55,071 nucleotides of DNA from an uncultured Bacilli bacterium (GTDB taxonomy: Bacteria > Bacillota_I > Bacilli_A > RF39 > UBA660). The stretch covers positions 1 to 55,071 of the forward strand of contig CALVZF010000002.1 of NCBI GenBank assembly GCA_944372455.1. The letters are read 5' to 3'. The position numbers and the translations under genes were made by a program. Positions 9,567-16,661 of the stretch are shown here, piece by piece. The first letter of the stretch is position 1; each line of letters opens with the position of its first letter. The notes beneath the pieces are model-generated. The model had not been told where the DNA came from and made no database searches. It saw only the letters and a list, made by a program, of their open reading frames with translations.

Positions 9567-10448
9567 TTAATCTATATTTATTATTTCATAATCACTAGTA
9601 CCTATTCCTAATTTAGACGCATAAGGAATAATATAAGTTCCATTTTGTCTTTCTACTCTTGCTACAAAATGATCTCTTCCAGGATCTTTTGAATTATAAA
9701 TCAAATCAATTGAAGCTTTATCAAGCGCAACAGGATCTGTTGAAGCAAGAATCCCAATATCTTTCATACAAGGAGCTTCAGGATTAGAATCACAATCACA
9801 ATCAACTGATAAATTATTCATTACGTTAATATATAATAAATTATCTTTCATATAATCAATAACAGATTTAGCTGCTTCAGCCATTGATTCTAAAAAATCA
9901 TTTTGAGGGGCTAAATTTTCCCATAGTATATTTGTATCTGATACTTTACCAGCGCTATGTATTACTGCTTTTCCTTTTGAAGAAGCAACACCTATACTAA
10001 TGTTTTTTAAAGCGCCCCCAAAACCTCCCATCGCATGTCCTTTGAAATGAGATAAGATTAACATTGAATCATAGTTTTCTATATTTTTTCCTACATAATT
10101 AATTTTTAGATGTTTACCACCTATAACTTTTAATTCTTTATCCCCATCTCTATCCATAATATCAACTGTAGCTATATCTGTAAATCCATGCTCTTTTGCG
10201 GCTAATAAGTGTGACTCAGTAGAAGTTCTTTTACCAGCATAAGCAGTATTGCATTCTACAATTGTTCCGTTAAGCTTCTTAACTAACCCCTTAATTAAAT
10301 TAGGATTTAAAAAATTATGTCCTCCAGGTTCACCAGTTGAGATTTTAATAGCTACTTTCCCATTTAAATTTTTATTTAGAGCTCCAAATACTTTGATTAA
10401 ACCTTCTGAATTAATTTGTTTAGTAAAATAAACCTTTGCTTTTTCCAT
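9567..10448 (-). CDS. DUF362-family protein
   Basis: The N-terminal KVAIKISTGEPGGHNFLNP and the Cys cluster LSVDCDCDSNPEAPC resemble DUF362 proteins. RBS AAGGAGGA. Confidence 0.55.
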   Translation of the reverse strand: MEKAKVYFTKQINSEGLIKVFGALNKNLNGKVAIKISTGEPGGHNFLNPNLIKGLVKKLNGTIVECNTAYAGKRTSTESHLLAAKEHGFTDIATVDIMDRDGDKELKVIGGKHLKINYVGKNIENYDSMLILSHFKGHAMGGFGGALKNISIGVASSKGKAVIHSAGKVSDTNILWENLAPQNDFLESMAEAAKSVIDYMKDNLLYINVMNNLSVDCDCDSNPEAPCMKDIGILASTDPVALDKASIDLIYNSKDPGRDHFVARVERQNGTYIIPYASKLGIGTSDYEIINID

Positions 10449-10459
10449 AAAATTCCTCC

Positions 10460-10759
10460 TTAATTATTAACTTTTACATGAAAATCCCCAACTTTTTTAT
10501 AAACTCTTTTTTTATTTTTGATATGCTTTTTTTGAATTTCATCTAATAAATCGTATCCAAGCATCTCAGAAATACCCATTAGAAAAATCCCTATATCAGC
10601 AAGTTCCTCCCCTATATCGTTTTTTTGTTTTCTATATGCTTCATAAGCTTCTGCTACTTCTGCATAAAGCAAGCAAAATTCCATATTTACATCAGTAGTA
10701 TTAAATCCTTTATCTAGTTTATTTTGCCAAATATCTTTTTGTAATTCTTTAATGTCCAT
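10460..10759 (-). CDS. MazG-like nucleotide pyrophosphohydrolase (small, single domain)
   Basis: Contains an EVAEAYEAYRK...EELADIGIFLMGISEMLGYDL EExxE/D helix pair. RBS AAGGAGG. Confidence 0.55.
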   Translation of the reverse strand: MDIKELQKDIWQNKLDKGFNTTDVNMEFCLLYAEVAEAYEAYRKQKNDIGEELADIGIFLMGISEMLGYDLLDEIQKKHIKNKKRVYKKVGDFHVKVNN

Positions 10760-10881
10760 TTTTAAAAACCTCCTTACTTTAACCTATAACTTTATTATAA
10801 TGAACAACTATATTTTTAGTCAATCTTTTTTACAATTTTTAATTTAGAAAAAAGTAAATCTCTTAAGACTTACTCTAAAAA

Positions 10882-12105
10882 TTAACCATAAATTCCTTTT
10901 AACATATTAGATACTGCTGCAAAAATAGCTGATATTTTATACCAAGTAGCAAAATTTACTATTCCAGTTACTGGTAAATTAAAAACACTTTGAAATTTTT
11001 TAACCGCTTCTAAAGTTTCGTTATCAAAAACCCCATTAGCATTACTTATTAGTGGAATAGCGGGATAACTCCCCTTTATTTTATTTAAGGCATTTTGCAT
11101 TAATTGTATTGCTTCACTACAATCTCCTTTGCTTATATTATACCCTGGAAAAGATGTAGGAAGATTAGGAACTAATTCGGCAGTTTCTAAATTGATACTA
11201 TTTCCATAATAAAATCTTACAATTTGTAAAGCATTGTAACCTTGATCTCCTAAACTTTTAGATCCCCACTGACTTAACCAACCTTCTCTTACTACATTAA
11301 TACCATCACTGTACTGTGCTAAAAAAGGATATGATTGATTAGGAAATTGTAAATATTTATTAAAAATTTCATCTACTACATTTGATACAGTATCAAAAAT
11401 AGTTCTATTATGAGTATATTTTTGATCATAGGCAGTTGATGAAGTTATTGTAAAATTATAACCTTTAGATAAATACCATTCTGTATATACCCTATTTAAG
11501 GTAAATGAAACTATTGCATGCACATTGGCTTTTAAAGTTTCTCTTGGCCAAGTGGGATAAATCTCAGAACAAGCGACATTTTTTATATAGTCTGAAAAAG
11601 CTACATAATAATTTGGAGCATAAGTATCACTAGGTATTCCATCATGAACTATAATATATTCTGGAATAACTATTCTAGGTAAAACCTTTGGGTTTATTTC
11701 ATTAAGTTGTGTAGAATTTTCTACAAGTTTAGTTGGATCATTTGCCCATAAAGCTGGCGGAGATATTACAGTTACATTTTTAGCAGATTCTCCTAGTGTT
11801 GTTCCGAAAACTATATTCTGAAAAGAATCCACATTAGCATATATTTGTACTCCTACTACCCCATTTGTTCCTATTCCATCTTTAGAAGCAGTTACTGTAT
11901 AGGTACTAAACGGTTGAGTTACATTTTGTGGTTCTAAAGAATAATCAACATCAGGAGCTTCTAATTCTATAGTTTCTGTTTTTCCAGATTCATCTGTAAC
12001 TAAATCTATATTAGTATTTTCCCCACTTATATTAACCTTTGCGCCACTTAATGGTTGGGCAATATTATCTACAAATACACTAACAGTTAAACGTCCTATT
12101 GCCAT
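10882..12105 (-). CDS. sleC: SleC-like spore cortex-lytic enzyme (pre-pro form) with a C-terminal PG_binding_1 domain
   Basis: The N-terminal MAIGRLTVSVFVDN..LEAPDVDYSLEP is a carboxypeptidase-regulatory-like beta domain. The central part reads YIIVHDG..PNYYVAFSDYIKNVACSEIYPTWPRETLKANVHAIVSFTLNRVYTEWYLSKGYNFTITSSTAYDQKY. The C-terminal part reads AIQLMQNALN..GVFDNETLEAVKKFQSVFNLPVTGIVNFATWYKI. This architecture matches my recollection of clostridial SleC. The start is taken at ATG 12105. Confidence 0.65.
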   Translation of the reverse strand: MAIGRLTVSVFVDNIAQPLSGAKVNISGENTNIDLVTDESGKTETIELEAPDVDYSLEPQNVTQPFSTYTVTASKDGIGTNGVVGVQIYANVDSFQNIVFGTTLGESAKNVTVISPPALWANDPTKLVENSTQLNEINPKVLPRIVIPEYIIVHDGIPSDTYAPNYYVAFSDYIKNVACSEIYPTWPRETLKANVHAIVSFTLNRVYTEWYLSKGYNFTITSSTAYDQKYTHNRTIFDTVSNVVDEIFNKYLQFPNQSYPFLAQYSDGINVVREGWLSQWGSKSLGDQGYNALQIVRFYYGNSINLETAELVPNLPTSFPGYNISKGDCSEAIQLMQNALNKIKGSYPAIPLISNANGVFDNETLEAVKKFQSVFNLPVTGIVNFATWYKISAIFAAVSNMLKGIYG

Positions 12106-12229
12106 AAAATCTAATTCCTTTCTTTTATTACAATTAAATATATGCACAAATATCAAAATAATAAGTAAAATGCACCTTCTAAAACCTAAACAATATAATA
12201 ATAGTGATAATGATAGGAGGTTATATTAA

Positions 12230-12811
12230 ATGGATTCCTCATTAAAAAGTGATGAAATAGAGTTAAATCCAACATTAAAAGAAGGAGATACTGGTAACTA
12301 TGTTATAATTTTACAGGCAAAATTAAAAGTTTTGGGATATTACGATCTTAGTATAACAGGTAGTTTTGATAATTATACTAAAGATGCTGTTGTTAAATTT
12401 CAAAAAGCTAATGATATTAGTCCAACCGGAATTGTAAATTCCGAGTCTTGGTTAAAATTATACGAATTAACTAGTCAAAGAGAAAGTGCCTATAATATAA
12501 AACAGACAAAACCTACATTAAAACTTGGTAGTACTGGAATATATGTTGTAGAACTTCAAACTCTTTTGAAAGATTTACTTTATTATAATGGTCCAATAGA
12601 TGGAAATTTTGATACAACTACTCAAACAGCCGTTAAATCTTTTCAAACTAATAACAGATTAACTTCTGATGGTATAGTAGGAAGAAATACTTGGAGTGCC
12701 CTTGAAACTCTTTATACTCCATTAGCGATTTGTAATGGTGAAAATAACGGTGAAAATCAAACTTATACAGTCGTTTCAGGGGATACAAATTTTATGGGGA
12801 ATAATGGGTAA
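12230..12811 (+). CDS. 5' segment of an interrupted gene: two PG_binding_1 domains plus the first 8 codons of a LysM domain, then 8 element-encoded codons and a stop
   Basis: RBS AGGAGG. Two PG_binding_1 domains are present: GDTGNYVIILQAKLKVLGYY..GSFDNYTKDAVVKFQKANDISPTGIV and GSTGIYVVELQTLLKDLLYY..GNFDTTTQTAVKSFQTNNRLTSDGIV. The ORF ends ..QTYTVVSGDT|NFMGNNG*, so the LysM consensus YxVxxGDTLW breaks exactly at the element junction. Confidence 0.8.
   Translation: MDSSLKSDEIELNPTLKEGDTGNYVIILQAKLKVLGYYDLSITGSFDNYTKDAVVKFQKANDISPTGIVNSESWLKLYELTSQRESAYNIKQTKPTLKLGSTGIYVVELQTLLKDLLYYNGPIDGNFDTTTQTAVKSFQTNNRLTSDGIVGRNTWSALETLYTPLAICNGENNGENQTYTVVSGDTNFMGNNG
12766..12793. other. attL junction (chromosomal half-site, GG core, element half-site)
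   Basis: tacagtcgtttca-GG-ggatacaaatttt. The right arm is the inverted partner of the arm at 16164..16176 (see findings). Confidence 0.65.
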
Positions 12812-12869
12812 ATTTATTGATTTATTTAGAAAAAAGTCTATAATATAAAACAAGAAAGGAGATTTGTTA

Positions 12870-13229
12870 ATGAATGAAACTTTTGATGTAGGAAACCCAA
12901 CAAAAGAAAATATCGACTTTGCTTTTAAAAATTTAATATTTTATGTTACAGCTTCAACTCAATTAGATATTTACAAAGAACAAAAAAAGAATTTTGAAAA
13001 AGTATTAGTCGAAATTAATACGATTTTAGCAACATATGTGAATAAAGAAAGTCTAGTATCTATAGATGAAGAAAAATTGCAAAATATAAAATTTGATTTA
13101 ATTGATTTAGATACTGAAACAAAATCTTTAAAATCTTATTTTGCAGAATGGTCTTTGTTGTGGTTAGAGGCAATTATTTCTTTAAGAATGTCAGAAATTA
13201 AAATGGAAGGTGTTAATAATGGCAGATAG
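12870..13229 (+). CDS. Element cargo: hypothetical alpha-helical protein
   Basis: RBS AAGGAGA lies 7 nt before ATG 12870. No recognisable motif. Confidence 0.45.
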   Translation: MNETFDVGNPTKENIDFAFKNLIFYVTASTQLDIYKEQKKNFEKVLVEINTILATYVNKESLVSIDEEKLQNIKFDLIDLDTETKSLKSYFAEWSLLWLEAIISLRMSEIKMEGVNNGR

Positions 13230-13800
13230 AGATAAGTATGGAAATTATGTAAATGATAAAGGGGTTACTATAAAGGTTAATACAGATAAAAATGGTAATG
13301 ATCATATTAGTTTTTATGGCAGTGAAGTAGATAAACCACATGATGCGGCACATGTTAATGTAAATTATGATAAAGGATCATGGAGTTCTACAACACATGG
13401 ACCTGATAAAAGTGATACAAGTTCAGGATCAGGTGGTTGTTATTTAACTTCAGCTTGTATGAAATATTTTCAAGAAAAATTTGATGATAATTGTTATGAA
13501 TTAACAGTACTAAGATGGTTTAGAGATAATTTTGTTTCAAAAGAAGATATACAACATTACTATGAAGTAGCACCAATTATTGTTGAAACAATTAATAAAG
13601 AAGAAAAATCTGATATTATTTATGATTATATTTACGATAATATAGTAGATTATTGTGTTGAACAAATTGAACAAGGAAACTATGAGACAGCATATAACAG
13701 ATATAAAAATAGTGTTTTAGTATTAGAAGAACAATTTGCAAAACCAGCATTAACAGATAGATTTGTAAAAACTTTAAAATTAAAAACTAATAATCAGTAA
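13219..13800 (+). CDS. Element cargo: hypothetical protein with a conserved-looking Cys motif (GGCYLTSAC...DDNCYELTVLRWFRD)
   Basis: RBS GGAAGGTG precedes ATG 13219, and the gene overlaps the previous ORF by 11 nt. The CY[LI]T[ST]AC..C[YE]EL..LR.FRD pattern is one I have seen in uncharacterised phage and bacterial proteins. No function is assigned. Confidence 0.45.
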   Translation: MADRDKYGNYVNDKGVTIKVNTDKNGNDHISFYGSEVDKPHDAAHVNVNYDKGSWSSTTHGPDKSDTSSGSGGCYLTSACMKYFQEKFDDNCYELTVLRWFRDNFVSKEDIQHYYEVAPIIVETINKEEKSDIIYDYIYDNIVDYCVEQIEQGNYETAYNRYKNSVLVLEEQFAKPALTDRFVKTLKLKTNNQ

Positions 13801-13805
13801 AAATT

Positions 13806-13853
13806 AATCATCCTATAAAATTTAGTGAAAACTAGAAATTAGGATGATTTTTT
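13806..13853 (+). terminator. Candidate intrinsic terminator after the element cargo genes
   Basis: AATCATCCT (13806-13814) pairs with AGGATGATT (13841-13849) and is followed by TTTT. The loop is long (26 nt), hence the moderate confidence. Confidence 0.4.
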
Positions 13854-14125
13854 GTGCTATAAATTATTGTTAATATTAGACTTATCCTATATAGCATCCT
13901 ACTTTGTAGGATGAATTTCGTAAGTACGAAATAAGCATGGTGCATATACAAGCCCTTATTTCATAAGGAAAAGTGAGTATATATGCACCATTTTCTTATC
14001 CTGCTATTCAATATTTTAATAGATTCTTAACTATTTTAGGATGATAGATAAAATCTTCTATGCTTTATGACTTGACTCTTTTAATAATTGGAGCTACCAT
14101 GCACCATGTGAAGGAGATGATGTGA

Positions 14126-14275
14126 ATGAAAAGAATTAATTTTTATTTACCAGAGGAGTTATTTGAAAGAATTAAATTACTCCCAAATTAGTATAACATT
14201 TCTATGACTAAATTAATGAAAGAATTATTAGAAATTGGTTATATAGATATGTTAGATACACGAAAAAATAAATAA
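14126..14275 (+). pseudogene. Ribbon-helix-helix (CopG/Arc-like) gene with an in-frame TAG at codon 22
   Basis: RBS AAGGAGA, then MKRINFYLPEELFERIKLLPN-TAG(14189-14191)-YNISMTKLMKELLEIGYIDMLDTRKNK*. The beta-strand then helix-helix pattern continues across the stop. Confidence 0.5.
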
Positions 14276-14420
14276 TAAAGTAGAGAGGTTTGGTGATGAA
14301 TATGATAATAAAAATAATGGTGGTTTATGATAGTAAGTAATATTATTAGGTATGCAAAAACCATACCAAGTAATATTACAAAAATTATAACCATAGAATT
14401 AATTGGGGGTATTAAACTCT

Positions 14421-14600
14421 ATGGTTAAATACAAAGTTAATTTAAAGTTTAAAGAAAGCGGAAAATCTTTAAATGAAATAATAACTGAAGTATTAAAACT
14501 TGAAATAATAAAGCAATTTATGAAGACTTGCAATAATTTGAAAGTAGAGCTACCATGTAATCGTACTCATTATTCCCAAAATGGAAGGAGTTATAATTGA
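14421..14600 (+). CDS. Small protein (59 aa) translationally coupled to the serine recombinase; candidate accessory, regulator or directionality factor
   Basis: GGGGGT lies 10 nt before ATG 14421. The product is MVKYKVNLKFKESGKSLNEIITEVLKLEIIKQF.... The TGA stop (14598-14600) overlaps the recombinase ATG (14600-14602). Confidence 0.45.
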   Translation: MVKYKVNLKFKESGKSLNEIITEVLKLEIIKQFMKTCNNLKVELPCNRTHYSQNGRSYN

Positions 14601-16165
14601 TGGTTGGGAATAATAGTTTTAAAGTAGGATTATATATAAGATTATCAAGAGATGATGGAAATATTGAATCAGATAGTATTATTAGTCAAAGAAGTTTATT
14701 AAATCAATATGTTAAAGAAAATAATTATGTAATAGTAGATGAATATGTAGATGATGGATTTTCTGGAACTAATTTTGATAGACCAGCTTTTAAAAGAATG
14801 ATTAAAGATATTGAAATGGGTAAAATCAATATGATAATAACAAAAGATATGTCAAGATTAGGCAGAGATTATATAGGTACTGGTGAATTAATTGAAAAGT
14901 ATTTTCCAAATAATAATATTAGGTATATTGCAATTAACGATGGAATAGATACTTTTATTGATAATACAAATAATGATATTGCACCATTTAAAGCAATTAT
15001 GAATGATATGTATGCTAAAGATATTTCTAAAAAAATCAAAAGTAGTCTTCATTCAAGAATGAAAGATGGATTATATGTATCTGGTAGATGCTCTTTTGGT
15101 TATATGAAAGATCCAAATAATAAAAATCATTTAGTTGTAAATGAAGAACAAGCAGAAATTATTAAATTAATATTTGATTTAGCACTTAAAGGTAATACTT
15201 ACCACTATATAGCACAATATCTTACCGAAAGAAAAATTAAAACTCCGGCATCTTATTATAATTATGTTTGGAATACTAAATGTATAAATGCAAATTGTAT
15301 TTCACAAGAATATGGAGTATGGGTAGATACCACTATAAAAGCAATTCTTACTAATCCAATATATGTAGGAGATACAGTTCAAGGTAAGACTAAAAAGATT
15401 AATTATAAATTGAAAAAAACAGTTAAAAATAAGCCCAATGATTTTATAATAGTAGAAAATACGCATGAAGCAATCATAGATAGAGATACTTTTAATTATG
15501 TTCAAACACTTTTACCAAAAAATGTTAAAAGACCAGAGAAAAAAAGATTTTACCTACTTGATGGACTTTTATATTGTGGAGATTGCAAGCATCGTATAAC
15601 TGTTAGGTATCAAACTAAAACTGGTAAAAGTTATACTACTTGTAATTATTATAGAACATATTCAAAGTATCATGTATGTACAACTCATACAAATAACTAT
15701 GAAACATTAGAAAACGTTGTTTTAGATAATATCAGAGAAGTGTGTAAAAGTTATTTAGATAAGAGTAAGATAAAAGATTCTATTGGTAATATAGAGTTTG
15801 AAGACAATAGTTTAAAGATTAAAAAGCAAATTGAAAGTTTGGAACTTACTAATAATAAATTAACTGAAAGTCTAGATAAAACATATATGGATAGATTAAA
15901 GGGAATAATTGATGAAGAACAATATATAAGAATAAGTGAAAACCTAAAGCAAGAAATAGAAAGTAATAAATCAAGCATTGATAATCTCAAGAATGAACAA
16001 ATAGAAGAAAATAAAATAGACAATAAACAAATAGAAAAATATATAAATGAATTTTTATCATTAAATAATCTAACTAGAGAATTAATAATTAATTTAGTTG
16101 AGAAGATCTACATCTATCAAGATAAACGGGTAGATATTATATTTATATTTAAAAATGCTACATAA
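14600..16165 (+). CDS. Large serine recombinase (resolvase catalytic domain, recombinase domain, zinc ribbon and coiled coil)
   Basis: RBS GGAAGGAG. Motifs: VGLYIRLSRDDG..SDSIISQRSLL (catalytic Ser region), DDGFSGTNFDRPAFKRMI, ITKDMSRLGRDY, Cys cluster CGDCKHR..C..C, and a C-terminal heptad-rich segment. Confidence 0.9.
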   Translation: MVGNNSFKVGLYIRLSRDDGNIESDSIISQRSLLNQYVKENNYVIVDEYVDDGFSGTNFDRPAFKRMIKDIEMGKINMIITKDMSRLGRDYIGTGELIEKYFPNNNIRYIAINDGIDTFIDNTNNDIAPFKAIMNDMYAKDISKKIKSSLHSRMKDGLYVSGRCSFGYMKDPNNKNHLVVNEEQAEIIKLIFDLALKGNTYHYIAQYLTERKIKTPASYYNYVWNTKCINANCISQEYGVWVDTTIKAILTNPIYVGDTVQGKTKKINYKLKKTVKNKPNDFIIVENTHEAIIDRDTFNYVQTLLPKNVKRPEKKRFYLLDGLLYCGDCKHRITVRYQTKTGKSYTTCNYYRTYSKYHVCTTHTNNYETLENVVLDNIREVCKSYLDKSKIKDSIGNIEFEDNSLKIKKQIESLELTNNKLTESLDKTYMDRLKGIIDEEQYIRISENLKQEIESNKSSIDNLKNEQIEENKIDNKQIEKYINEFLSLNNLTRELIINLVEKIYIYQDKRVDIIFIFKNAT

Positions 16166-16191
16166 AAATTGTATCTGGAGATACTCTTTGG
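16164..16191. other. attR junction (element half-site, GG core, chromosomal half-site)
   Basis: aaaaattgtatct-GG-agatactctttgg. The left arm is the inverted partner of 12781..12793. Confidence 0.65.
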
Positions 16192-16626
16192 AAGATAGCT
16201 CAAAAATTTAATACTACTGTAGATGAAATAAAAAGTTTAAATAATCTTACTAGTAATATAATTACAATAGGTCAAAAACTATTAATACCAAGTTCAGATA
16301 ATAATATTATTCCACCAAGTAATAATATTACATATACAGTAGTTAAAGGAGATACTTTATGGAAATTATCTCAAAGATTTAATACTACTGTAGATGCTAT
16401 AAAAAAACTTAATAACTTAATGAATAACAATTTAAGTATTGGACAAAAATTACTAATTCCAACAAATAATCAAAATATAACAAATTATGTAGTAGTTAGA
16501 GGAGATACTTTATGGAGCTTAGCTAGAAAATTTAATACTACAGTAAGTGAAATAAAAAAGTTGAATAATCTTACTAGTGATAACTTAAGTATTGGACAAA
16601 AATTATTAATATCTCAAAATTATTAA
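16179..16626 (+). CDS. 3' segment of the interrupted gene: the rest of LysM 1 plus LysM 2 and 3. No start codon or RBS of its own
   Basis: The frame is open from 16153. It reads ..(IVSG)DTLWKIAQKFNTTVDEIKSLNNLTSNIITIGQKLLIP, YTVVKGDTLWKLSQRFNTTVDAIKKLNNL..IGQKLLIP and YVVVRGDTLWSLARKFNTTVSEIKKLNNL..IGQKLLIS. The repeats are also similar at nucleotide level, with a 153-171 nt period. The track ORF 16420..16626 is only the part after the first internal Met. Confidence 0.8.
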
Positions 16627-16661
16627 AAAAAGAACTAAAAAATAGTCCTTAGTTTCATAAG

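Larger units (their letters stand above)
12781..16178. mobile_element. ~3.4-kb intervening or integrated element with a terminal large serine recombinase, inserted in LysM repeat 1 of the PG-binding/LysM gene
   Basis: The host reading frame is broken at 12780/12781 and resumes at 16179 in the same codon phase. The recombinase gene ends 13 nt from the right junction. Both junctions share a GG core flanked by GTATC-type half-sites. Confidence 0.75.

Noticed and set aside
12106-12229. Specific sigma-E or sigma-K promoter calls in the divergent sleC/LysM intergenic region.
   Set aside because: AT-rich sequence gives many weak matches, such as CAATATAAT. I cannot distinguish sporulation sigma-factor promoters from background by eye.
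14189-14191. The in-frame TAG in the RHH gene as programmed recoding (pyrrolysine or suppression).
   Set aside because: TAG is used as an ordinary stop in this window (yefM 5493-5495, cpaF 29601-29603, the pilC-like gene 33262-33264). No pyl genes are visible. A point-mutation pseudogene is the simpler reading.
15302-16023. Antisense ORFs inside the serine recombinase gene (15302..15505 and 15751..16023). The same type occurs at 1002..1253, 10249..10431, 17773..18036, 18367..18585, 22291..22491, 25043..25279, 28876..29130, 34553..34840, 35122..35346, 42413..42640, 43161..43655, 44391..44714, 44952..45272, 45484..45717 and 54804..55010.
   Set aside because: Each is embedded antisense in a strongly supported conserved gene. 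All have Ile/Leu/Phe/Ser-rich nonsense-like composition, and none has an RBS.
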